Origin: Catajapyx aquilonaris | Taxonomy: Eukaryota | Direction of reading: 5' to 3' | Length of the DNA: 64,000 nt | Assembly (NCBI GenBank): GCA_000934665.2 | Contig: JYFJ02001138.1 | Location: 1 to 64,000 of the forward strand | Shown here: piece by piece, positions 12,201 to 20,659 of the stretch | Numbering within the stretch: position 1 is the stretch's first letter | Layout of the letters: each line of letters opens with the position of its first letter | Translations under genes and position numbers: made by a program | The notes under the pieces: generated by a model | Seen by the model: the letters and a program-made list of their open reading frames with translations, nothing else | Databases searched by the model: none | Told to the model about the DNA's origin: nothing

Positions 12201-15200
12201 TTTGCGATCGCGAAATACCAGCTACGAGCCGGTACACGAGCCGGTACATGAATTACAGTGTGCTTTGGCAAGATGCAAAGTCCTGTTGAAATATTATGTT
12301 GACATCCAGTTGTAAGGTTGCTCTTGAGGGCACACACAGCGGATGGTCTCTCAAAATCTCCTGAAACATGGCTGTATCGATGGTGCCACTGATGCTGTGA
12401 AAGTTGCCCAGGCCAACGTACACTACCCATGCATCCCCACACCATAATGCTTGTGCATGTTTGACAGTTCTAGTGAGACATTGGGATGGTATGCCTCTTC
12501 CTTTGTTTGCAGTACTCGATTATGGATGTCCCTGTAATCACTACTTCATCGCGAAACTTGACTAATTTCACATCTGATGTGCCCAATGCTTCCTTTCCTT
12601 CTCCCAAGCAAGTCTTTTTCCTGTTCCAGTGCCATCAAGAGTGGTTTCTTCTTGCCCTATTGTCAAGAGCATTGTCCTGATATTGTCCTGATTTCATGAA
12701 TTCCCCATTAGTCTTTGAGAAGTTACGCATAAAAGTTCATCTTCATGTCATGGATGCAGAGTTGACAGGTTGTTGTGGGGACCACCTTTTGGGTCACCTC
12801 TGACCATTTTGAAGAAATTGATGGTCGCTGCTCCTTTCGCCGATATTGCGACACATTTTTCTCATCTCTCGGTTTTTCCTTGCTGCTGTTGCCTGGTGAC
12901 GTCCATAATAAGGTTTTTCTGGATGGTTCTTGTAGTTTTGTTACTTCATGTGATGCCCCTTACCATGGAGCATGGCACATGGCACATGCCCTTCTTGTCC
13001 AACCACATATGCAGACTTTCCTTCTTCAGAGCTCTTCCATATCACCTTGCATACATCTGGAGGAATGGGTTTACCACCTCCTGTGATTGTTATTTTCAGA
13101 CGCAGAGTGCAATGAGTAATGGCATTGTGGCGCAGGGCAAGAGACCTGCACTTTTTTCCCATCTGGCACAACCGCATCAGTCTGTATTTAACAATGGGCG
13201 AACTTTGTGGCCCGTTTAGCGCTTTGGGCGAATTCCATTGCCTCCGTCGCGCTAAATAAATACTGTCCTATTCGTCTTGTTCCACTGACAAATGCATTGA
13301 TATCTCACCCCATGTGGCTCATTAGCATATAAGTTGTGTGATCCGTAATCCGTATTTGTAACATCGACATGGAGGTGATTTTCGTGCTAGGCGAACTTCA
13401 TTGGTGTTGGGCAAGTATTTTACTTGTGAAAAATACATAATATAGGAACTTAATTTTTAAGCCAAAGAATGAAGAAGAGAGTATATCCTTGCCTCCTTTC
13501 CCTCATCAGTGTCAACCAGTAACAAATGCCTTGGCACATTCCTGTAAATCACTTTCCAACTTTTACCAAAAAAGGGGTACCCTCCCCTCCACCTCATTCT
13601 CTAAGCCTCGGATGAGAATGAGGTGGAGGGTTTAGACCTAAGGGCTAAGCAGTCAACATACGTACATGGGGCATGAGAATTACATTAGCATTGGAGTTTT
13701 CACCCTCTTTCCACCTCCCTTTCCCACCATAAACCAAACAATGTGCAGATCTAGCTACAGTCAAACCATCATGTATCTCCCTACACCAGCAGACATGATT
13801 CAGTTGCAAAACATCTACTGTAACTATCTCGACTATTGTACTTGCATAATCTTAGTATTGCATTGATTGGTGAAGTTACATAAAAAGCATCCACACAAAC
13901 TTTGATTATTTTTTTACAACTGCTAATAGTTATAAGTATCATTCAAATGAAAATGAGCCAAGGTCATAGCAAATTGCTGAATGGATTTCTTATGGCATCT
14001 TCTACAGATCTACACAAAACAAAGGTGGTACCACTGTAGTGTTATGACTAGAGTCTGGATTTTTAGGCAAATGCCTAGATTTAGTTCCTTAACCCTTAAC
14101 TGGTGACCTGGGGTCTTTTTTTTATGATTTTTTAAATTCCGTTCTACGGCAGCTAGAGAGTTGAAAATTAAACCAAAGTGTAGAAAACAGTTGCAGGTGT
14201 TGTGTAAAAGAATTAAAAAGCAAATATTTATCATTAAAGGCAATTTATATTTAAAATCCCTAGATCGCAATCTGTTAGTTCGTCATAACACCACAGTGGT
14301 ACCACCTTTGTTTTGTGTAGAAGATGTCGTGAAAAAACCACTCAGCAATTTGCCATGACCTTGGCTAATTTTCATTTGAATGACCCTTATATTTGGGTAG
14401 CGTGTCAATTAGGTAGGTTTAAAACATCCTAAGCCATTCAGAGTAATATTATTCCCAAAATGGTCCATTTACAGTATGTGCTGATAATAATCCAACACAT
14501 TCCTATTTATCCGCCATGTCATGATTTGGTGCTTTGTGTCATTTATGAAGGCTGCATGCAGCCTACAAGGTAAAAACCACCCTTATTAATCACTTACAAG
14601 TACCACAAAAAATCACAAAATATTATTGCCTGTGAGTCAATAAAACCTGTTCCTGCAATAAATTGATTATGATTTATTCCTCTCCCTGCAAACATTTGCA
14701 GGGAAATGAATAAATCACACATATCGTCGGCCGGCGATCAAAACCTCGTAACTCCATTTTGCGCGAAAATGGACTTACGTACCTCGTAAGTCCCTTTGCA
14801 CAACTTTGCAACGGTGTACATGAATTCAACATCATCCTCATGAAAGGTAAGGTTTACGTTATGCTATACTGTAGGAATAATTGTCAGCATGAACAGAAAA
14901 CATGATTTTACAAAATGTTTTTTGTCCCTCCTGTAAAATTTGGTCTTGAGGAGTTACAAGGTTTTGATCGCCGGCCGACGATATACTCTTTTATACCAGC
15001 CAGCCAGTTCCCCTGGGGTATACTGGGTCCCTGGTCAACCTGGTTTAATTCTGGCATGCAGCAGAATGGTAATATGGTATGCCTTACCACAATCTTGGCC
15101 AAACTTTACAATGCGCTTGAACTTTCCATCCTTGTCCACTTTGACAACATATCCATCCAGCAAACCAGTGTACATGTCATCTCCACGGAAAGCAATGGAC

Positions 15201-15466
15201 TCAGGTCCTGTCAGCTGGCCCATGTAGAGACATTCCGCCTGATCCAACCTGTGGTTTGGCTCCAGGGGACCTTCTAGCACCCTTGCAGGCTTCAACCTTA
15301 GTGCACAATGCATTAGTCAAGTGCTGCAATTTGTCATTATAATAACTTACGTGTAGCTGGGAAACTGCACATATGGTGGGAGACCTGGGATCAAACCCAA
15401 CACCAAAATGATTACTACCACCTCAACGATCAGCCATGTCAGGCGCTTCAGCAATCCCAGGATCAT
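5966..15466 (-). CDS. APMAP: Hemomucin / adipocyte plasma membrane-associated protein (strictosidine synthase-like beta-propeller), 421 aa, 5 coding exons: 15466-15351, 15296-15088, 10007-9587, 7955-7682, 6211-5966
   Basis: Manual splice: all introns GT-AG, phases 2,1,2,0 consistent, total 1266 nt. N-terminal signal anchor followed by PGLPP (as in insect hemomucin); GPES, CGRPLG, VADAYYGL, WSDSS, GRLLKYDP, FANGV and LPGIPDNIR motifs typical of the family. Confidence 0.95.
6726..6868. mobile_element. Small MITE (PIF/Harbinger-like termini) in APMAP intron
   Basis: AGGTACGTTCACA..AAATTCCTAGGAA / TTCCTAGGAATTT..TGTGAACATACCT. Confidence 0.65.
7682..7955 (-). CDS. APMAP: APMAP/hemomucin coding exon 4 (YHLKGKKKG...LPGIPDNIR...IRHF)
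   Basis: ORF 7661..7948; acceptor CAG, donor GTGAGT. Confidence 0.95.
8513..8797. mobile_element. MITE with ~35-bp TIRs, TA-flanked
   Basis: ATTCACATAAGTCTGAACCTTTTTGGATAT and its exact reverse complement at 8761-8790. Confidence 0.8.
9084..9425 (+). mobile_element. tRNA-derived SINE, family B
   Basis: A-box-like TGGCCGAGATGG, B-box GGTTCGATCCC, body unrelated to family A, 3' stem-loop plus CATGGGGTA tail motif. Confidence 0.7.
9587..10007 (-). CDS. APMAP: APMAP/hemomucin coding exon 3 (GPWEERKCGRPLG...ARIL)
   Basis: Extends ORF 9583..9939; strictosidine-synthase core motifs; acceptor AAG, donor GTGAGT. Confidence 0.95.
10934..13080 (-). pseudogene. Tc1 DDE transposase pseudogene, split by a nested insertion
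   Basis: Motifs listed above lie in different frames; catalytic region interrupted at 11187-12260; 5' boundary approximate. Confidence 0.85.
11187..12260. mobile_element. Non-autonomous CACTG-terminal (CMC/EnSpm-like) element nested in the Tc1
   Basis: TIR CACTGTAATTCATGTACC / GGTACATGAATTACAGTG, 2-bp TG flanks, subterminal CCGGTAC/ACCAGCT repeats. Confidence 0.8.
13934..14388. mobile_element. MITE with ~110-bp TIRs
   Basis: TCATTCAAATGAAAATGAGCCAAGGTCAT...CACAAAACAAAGGTGGTACCACTG mirrored at 14281-14383. Confidence 0.8.
14724..14981. mobile_element. MITE, TA TSD
   Basis: TCGTCGGCCGGCGATCAAAACCT(C/T)GTAACTCC inverted at both ends. Confidence 0.82.
15088..15296 (-). CDS. APMAP: APMAP/hemomucin coding exon 2 (LKPARVLEGPLEPN...GPESIAF...KFGQDC)
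   Basis: Within ORF 15035..15313; acceptor AAG, donor GTAAGG. Confidence 0.92.
15351..15466 (-). CDS. APMAP: APMAP/hemomucin coding exon 1 (MILGLLKRLTWLIVEVVVIILVLGLIPGLPPYVQFPSYT), transmembrane anchor
   Basis: ATG at 15466-15464, hydrophobic stretch plus PGLPP, donor GTAAGT, 54-nt intron; missed by the ORF track. Confidence 0.9.
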
Positions 15467-16046
15467 TGTTCCTGCTGGAAGTGAACACGTCGAATGTTAC
15501 AAGATGCACTTGGTTGCTTGAGGGTCAGTATGTCTGGCACATCTTACACTGTGACCAGACAACTGATAACAAGATTGTTATCAATTGAAATTGACCTTTG
15601 CTGTGTAATAGCTCTCAAGATACTGACTGCTTAAGCAGAATGGTGTTCAGGATCAGCCAACATGCTCAAAACCACTCCATGGATATAAATATCTAGATCA
15701 GCAAGTGATAAAATTCTCCTAATTACTTGCACTAACTGCACTGTAGCCATCAGCCTTTTCTGCTTACTTTCCCCCAATCGGAAGGTCACTTTTTGATATA
15801 TTCATACATACATATATGGAGAATATTTATGTTACACTTTTAATGCAAATTCAGCTTTGAAACTGCACCACATGCATATCCTACACTCTGCATGGCTCAA
15901 GTATAATATGGAATATACATCCAAGAGTTGACATACAAGAAAGTAACAACTGGATACGAGGGCCATACTAAAATGATTTACCATTTATTTTTTACCCACA
16001 AATACACTGCCCGTACAGGTTTGGTTGATAGTCACACATTATTGAG

Positions 16047-16448
16047 AGAATCCTCCTGGAGCTGAATGAACAGGAGTCATGGGTGTGGCAACCTTTCCAG
16101 GCTCTCCAGGAACCATGTTTTGGAGGTTCGGAGCACTCCCTCCCGGACAACTGCTTACAGTCAACAATGTCCTCGAAATTGCATCAGCGAAGGAGTTTTT
16201 TTCATGAATCTGAACAGGTGAAAGTCACTGGGGGCCAGTGCAGCAGGTGTGGAAGCACCCAAACCCAGATCCACGAAAAACACCTTCGCCGACGCCATTT
16301 CGAGAACACTGTTGACAGTTGTTTACGTTGTTGATTGTGCACAGTTGTCCGGTTGTGGGTGCGTCGGACCTCCAAAAAGTGGTTCCTGGAGAGCCTGGAG
16401 AGGTTGACACAGCTGTGGTGGTAGTGCATTCGACTCCAGGAGGATTCT
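16047..16448. mobile_element. MITE with ~65-bp imperfect TIRs
   Basis: AGAATCCTCCTGGAG...CCAGGCTCTCCAGGAACCA / TGGTTCCTGGAGAGCCTGG...CTCCAGGAGGATTCT. Confidence 0.75.
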
Positions 16449-16477
16449 AGCTATAATGTGTGACTATCTGCCGACCT

Positions 16478-16720
16478 AGGGCGACACGGTGGCGGTTAAC
16501 GCCGCAGCCTTCCACCTCTAAGGTCCGAGTTCGATCCCTGGGTTGGACAGAAGATACTTATGTGGATAGAGTTTTGATTGGTTCTCTATGTGTTCGTGTG
16601 TTTTCTCGGGGTTCTCCTGCTTCCTACAAACGAAATCAATCACAGCGCAGGCAATGATTAAAGTTGGGTATTTAAAAGATGTTCCCGTAAGAGGCCCAAG
16701 GAGGCCTATCACGGGGTATC

Positions 16721-16777
<57 letters not shown>

Positions 16778-16781
16778 TACT
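16478..16781 (+). mobile_element. SINE family A copy with 15-bp TSD
   Basis: TSD ACTATCTGCCGACCT at 16463-16477 and 16782-16796; (ATT)n tail. Confidence 0.93.
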
Positions 16782-16930
16782 ACTATCTGCCGACCTGTAC
16801 AGGCCCTGTATTTGTGGCAAAAAAATAAATTGTAAATCATTCCCTCGTACATTCAGATTCGGCCAATCACTGTATAAATTACTGAAATACTGATGAATAA
16901 CCACAAAGATCTACACTTTCCCTGTACATG

Positions 16931-17234
16931 TCGACGTCCCAGTGCAACACTATCGTAAGCCACAACAATGTAAAATGAAGGGGGCGACACGGTGGCTGAG
17001 TGGTTAGCGCCGCAGCCTTCCACCTCTAAGGTCCTGAGTTCGATCCCCGGGTCGGACGGAGGATACTTATGTGGATAGAGTTTCGATGGGTTCTCTCCGT
17101 GTTCGCGTGGGATTTCTCGGGATTCTCCCGTTTCCTCCCACTATCAATATCCATCACATTACAGGCAAATGATTAAAGTCGGTCTATTAAAAGATGATCC
17201 CCTAAGAGGCCCAAGGGGCCTATCACGGGGTATC

Positions 17235-17294
<60 letters not shown>

Positions 17295-17517
17295 AATGTA
17301 AAATGAAGGTTACAATGGTTTTGCTATTGAATATACGCAGTGGTTCTGGGGAAAAATATATCGTAACCATCGGAGCATACTCTTAAAATGGCTTAGTATG
17401 CAATTTTGTGTTCCTGTCTTATTAAGAGTCTTAGTAAGTATATATTCAATTACAAAACTATTGTAACCTTCGTTTTACATTGTTGTGGCTTACGATAGTG
17501 TTGCACTGGGACGTCGA
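16931..17517. mobile_element. MITE with ~75-bp TIRs; left TIR interrupted by a SINE
   Basis: TCGACGTCCCAGTGCAACACTATCGTAAGCCACAACAATGTAAAA mirrored at 17473-17517. Confidence 0.85.
16981..17292 (+). mobile_element. SINE family A copy with 16-bp TSD
   Basis: TSD ACAATGTAAAATGAAG at 16965-16980 and 17293-17308; tRNA head, V-like core, (ATT)n tail. Confidence 0.94.
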
Positions 17518-17903
17518 TGTATTCTTCACATCAAACATAATGAAATAACCCCAATAACAAACCCCATTGTACAACTAAATTTTACCCGAAACACGCAATT
17601 ATCCAACAAGGTTGATTCTCACAAATAATCTGCCTCGTAATAAATCCTTGCTCAATCAAGGCAGCTCTTCCGTAACCATGAGAAACCAGACGTGGTCAAG
17701 GTTATGACTTTTTCCCCCTCCCAGCCAGATTAAAAAAAAAATCAACCATAAATCCACAAATGAACTGAGTTGCCATGCTGACTCAAGCCATCCCCACAAA
17801 CACTATCAATACGACACATGTCCTACAGCACATATTTTGACCCATTATGACCCCCACAAGACGCACTCTGCACCCACACTATTTGACCAACTAGTTCAAC
17901 TAC

Positions 17904-18110
17904 CTGCTGAAAAAATATTCAGCTCTTCTTCCCAAGCTTCCTCAACTTCCTTGTTATGATTACCAACTGAATTTCCCAGCACTAGGGTGTCAATGCCTGT
18001 CTGCTTTGCTTCTGCTTCTCTTCTGCTAAACAATAAGGTGAAACAAGCCGGCCGCTGGTAATGAACGATGACGCTATGCGGCGCTGCAGTGTTTTTCCCG
18101 GGCCAGCATT
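17904..18110 (-). other. Putative first (5' leader) exon and promoter of APMAP
   Basis: Coding exon 1 has a CAG acceptor 5 nt before the ATG, so an upstream exon is likely. A CAG|GTAGTT donor lies at 17904/17903 next to a CpG-rich patch (18045-18150). Confidence 0.45.
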
Positions 18111-18469
18111 ACTTGCAAAATTGAAACCGCTCACCGGTAGATGGCATGTGCATTCAATCCACCACTCTAGTGGATATCAACAAAAAATAGTACTGTAATT
18201 ATAATTGTCGTGAAAATATTACACAATTGTTGACTACAACAGCAGCTAAAAATGTACTGCTTAAATCCGCTACTGGTTGCAAAAAAAAATTAATAATAAT
18301 ATGATATAGTTTGCGAATTAGGAAACTTGTAGGGGGTTAGAATAATTGTGCAGGTTGATATCAGGGTGTGATATTTGCATTTTGTGAACTCAATGATGCT
18401 GGTGTGAGAGGGTAATTGTGAAGAGCATTTTCTTCAATGCCCGGCACAAGTGATGGTGGATTCAAGGAG

Positions 18470-18540
18470 GCGCCGCTGGTGTAGTGGTATCATGCAAGAT
18501 TCCCATTCTTGCGACCCGGGTTCGATTCCCGGGCGGCGCA
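18470..18540 (+). tRNA. tRNA-Gly (anticodon CCC)
   Basis: 71-nt cloverleaf GCGCCGC...GCGGCGCA, A-box TGGTGTAGTGG, anticodon loop TTCCCAT, B-box GGTTCGATTCC, downstream T-run Pol III terminator at ~18547-18554. Confidence 0.97.
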
Positions 18541-19260
18541 CCACTATTTTTTTTAAATATGTACTTATTTTATAATCTGGATCCAGATTATTAGATAAAT
18601 ATCCGTACTCGTTCCAACTGGATCCAATTTTGAAATGGAGAAAAACACAGAATTTAGCATCTAGTAACAAAAGATACATGCAGGTTTGGAGGATTAGTCA
18701 TCCCTCTATTGAATGGTGAACGACATTAACTTTGCCATTCTTATTACAATAGGATGTTTTTAATTTGATTGTTTTAAAAATTTAACTTGGTTACACATTT
18801 GAAATATAATACCCTACAAAACTCCCAGTATAGTGGTGGACTAAATGCTCCCTGGTCATCTGCGTTATTGTTGACCAAAATTCTGTGATATATGGCACTT
18901 ATGGCAGCTTTCTCAAGCATCTGATATCCCCTGCAATTGAAACAATCGGCGTCTCGACTAACAGTAAGTCCGGACTGTATCACTCAAATCACTGATAGAA
19001 AGTGTAGGGCCGGGCGGTATTTCATTGTTGTTGGTTGCTAATAACCAAACAATTAGTACCAGTGAAATACACGTCGAAACTTCACAAACATTGGTAGAAT
19101 TTGCTCTTACACTCATTTTTCCTGCTGAAACAGTTGCTTGAAAATATTACAAGTAGGCCTACATTGAATATTTATATTGTCCACATACTGTAGACTGGAT
19201 ACAGGGTGATGAATGACATTTGCATGATCATCCACACATTTATTAGGATGGTTTTTTTTC

Positions 19261-19480
19261 CCATTATTTGATTACTTTGACTTGATTACTATTTGGTTAT
19301 TTCATTATTATTTTGATTTGATTAATATCTGATTATTTCATTATTATTTTGATTTGATTAATATCTGATTATTTCATTATTATTTTGATTTGATTAATAT
19401 CTGATTATTTCATTATGATTTTGATTTGATTAATATCTGATTATTTCATTATGATTTTGATTTGATTAATATTTGATTAT
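19261..19480. repeat. 36-bp AT-rich minisatellite, 5 near-exact copies plus 1 degenerate copy
   Basis: TTATTTCATTATTATTTTGATTTGATTAATATCTGA at 19297, 19333, 19369, 19405, 19441. Confidence 0.92.
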
Positions 19481-19722
19481 TATTAATAATAATCATAAAC
19501 ATAAAATATATTGTTCCTCGTGTTGTTATGAGGAGTAGCACAAAACACAAAGTGCAAGTGAAGTAAGTTGACGCTCCCTGAGGGCTTGAACTTTGCATTT
19601 TGTGACAAAATTATGAAACTCGGTATAGTAGGCTACTTGTTCCTTGGACACTTCTGAGCTTATTTAGTGCTAATTTCCCAGCTGTTACTTTCGCGTACTA
19701 ATTACCTTTCATGATTACCCTA

Positions 19723-20659
19723 CACTGGCCAAAAAAAAAAAATCTGTTGCATGAGATTTTTCAGCTTATTCTAAGTATTTTTTCAACGCTGATTTCAAAT
19801 CTGAGGTTTTCCTCTACATTCTCTAGTTTTCAAGCAATTTGAAACTTGTGATTTTCGGGGGGAAACGGACACCCATTGCTATTTACACTGGGGATAGCTT
19901 TAGAATTAGGCTTGGAGCTACTATATCAAGCTAGGCTTGATGAAACAGTTCGTGAAGGCATTAAGTCATTAAGTACTGATGGTGAATGTTTTCAAGCATC
20001 ACAATATGCATTACATTTTGAAAAAAGTTTGAAAAATATCGAAAAATAATGTCCCAATTTTAAAACCCTATAACTCGAAACTTGTTGAGACATATCTAAA
20101 TGATTTAAGCTTTGAAATGTTACCAAATGTTAAAAGCTTTGGTCAGACATGATATGTCGGAGCTGGTTAGGCATGACACCGATTACCATATTTACATTTG
20201 CCGAGCGACAAATGGAGCTCATATCGAAACAAACTAAGGTGAGCCCAAAACGTTAGGCGTTTCTTAGCATTTAAAAACTTAAATCATTAAGATGTGCATA
20301 CAAGTCTTCGAGTTATAGAATTTTATAATTGGGACATTCTTTTTCGATATTTTTTGACTTTTTTCAAACTTCAGTGCATATTCCTATGCACCTACGACTT
20401 TTTGTGAATAAAAAGTGAATATAATATCTTTACCAAGACGGTTGTTTAAGCGTAATTTTAAGACTGTATGACCACAAATTCCTCAGAGAGATCATGTCAT
20501 CATGCGACAGGCGCCAAAATGTCGCGAAAACTAAAATTTTGAATTGTAGAAAATCTATAGCTTACAGAGAAAAACTAACATAAGATTTGGATTCAGCACA
20601 CTCGAATTAGGCAAGAACAAGTGCTGGCATCAATTCAACAAAAATCTTGTTGGCCTGTG
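19723..20659 (+). mobile_element. Internally deleted Chapaev3 (CMC) transposon
   Basis: Termini CACTGGCCAA / TTGGCCTGTG; residual frame at 19922 YIKLGLMKQFVKAL..DGECF matches the Chapaev3 transposase signature HIKLGLMKQFVKAL. Confidence 0.8.
20006..20380. mobile_element. Long-TIR MITE nested in the Chapaev3 relic
   Basis: TTTGAAAAAAGT..AAAAATATCGAAAAA.AATGTCCCAATT..TATAACTCGAA mirrored at 20307-20370. Confidence 0.7.

Larger units (their letters stand above)
10683..13415 (-). mobile_element. Decayed Tc1 transposon with ~220-250-bp TIRs and TA TSD
   Basis: TA|CTTGCCCAACACCAATGAAGTTCGCC... inverted at both ends. Frameshifted transposase motifs on the minus strand: KKPLL, KRLAWEKERKHW, VKFRDE, TVKH, SIMVWGCM, IIFQQD, WPWSSLDLNP, EAVIAAHGDAT. 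Confidence 0.92.
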
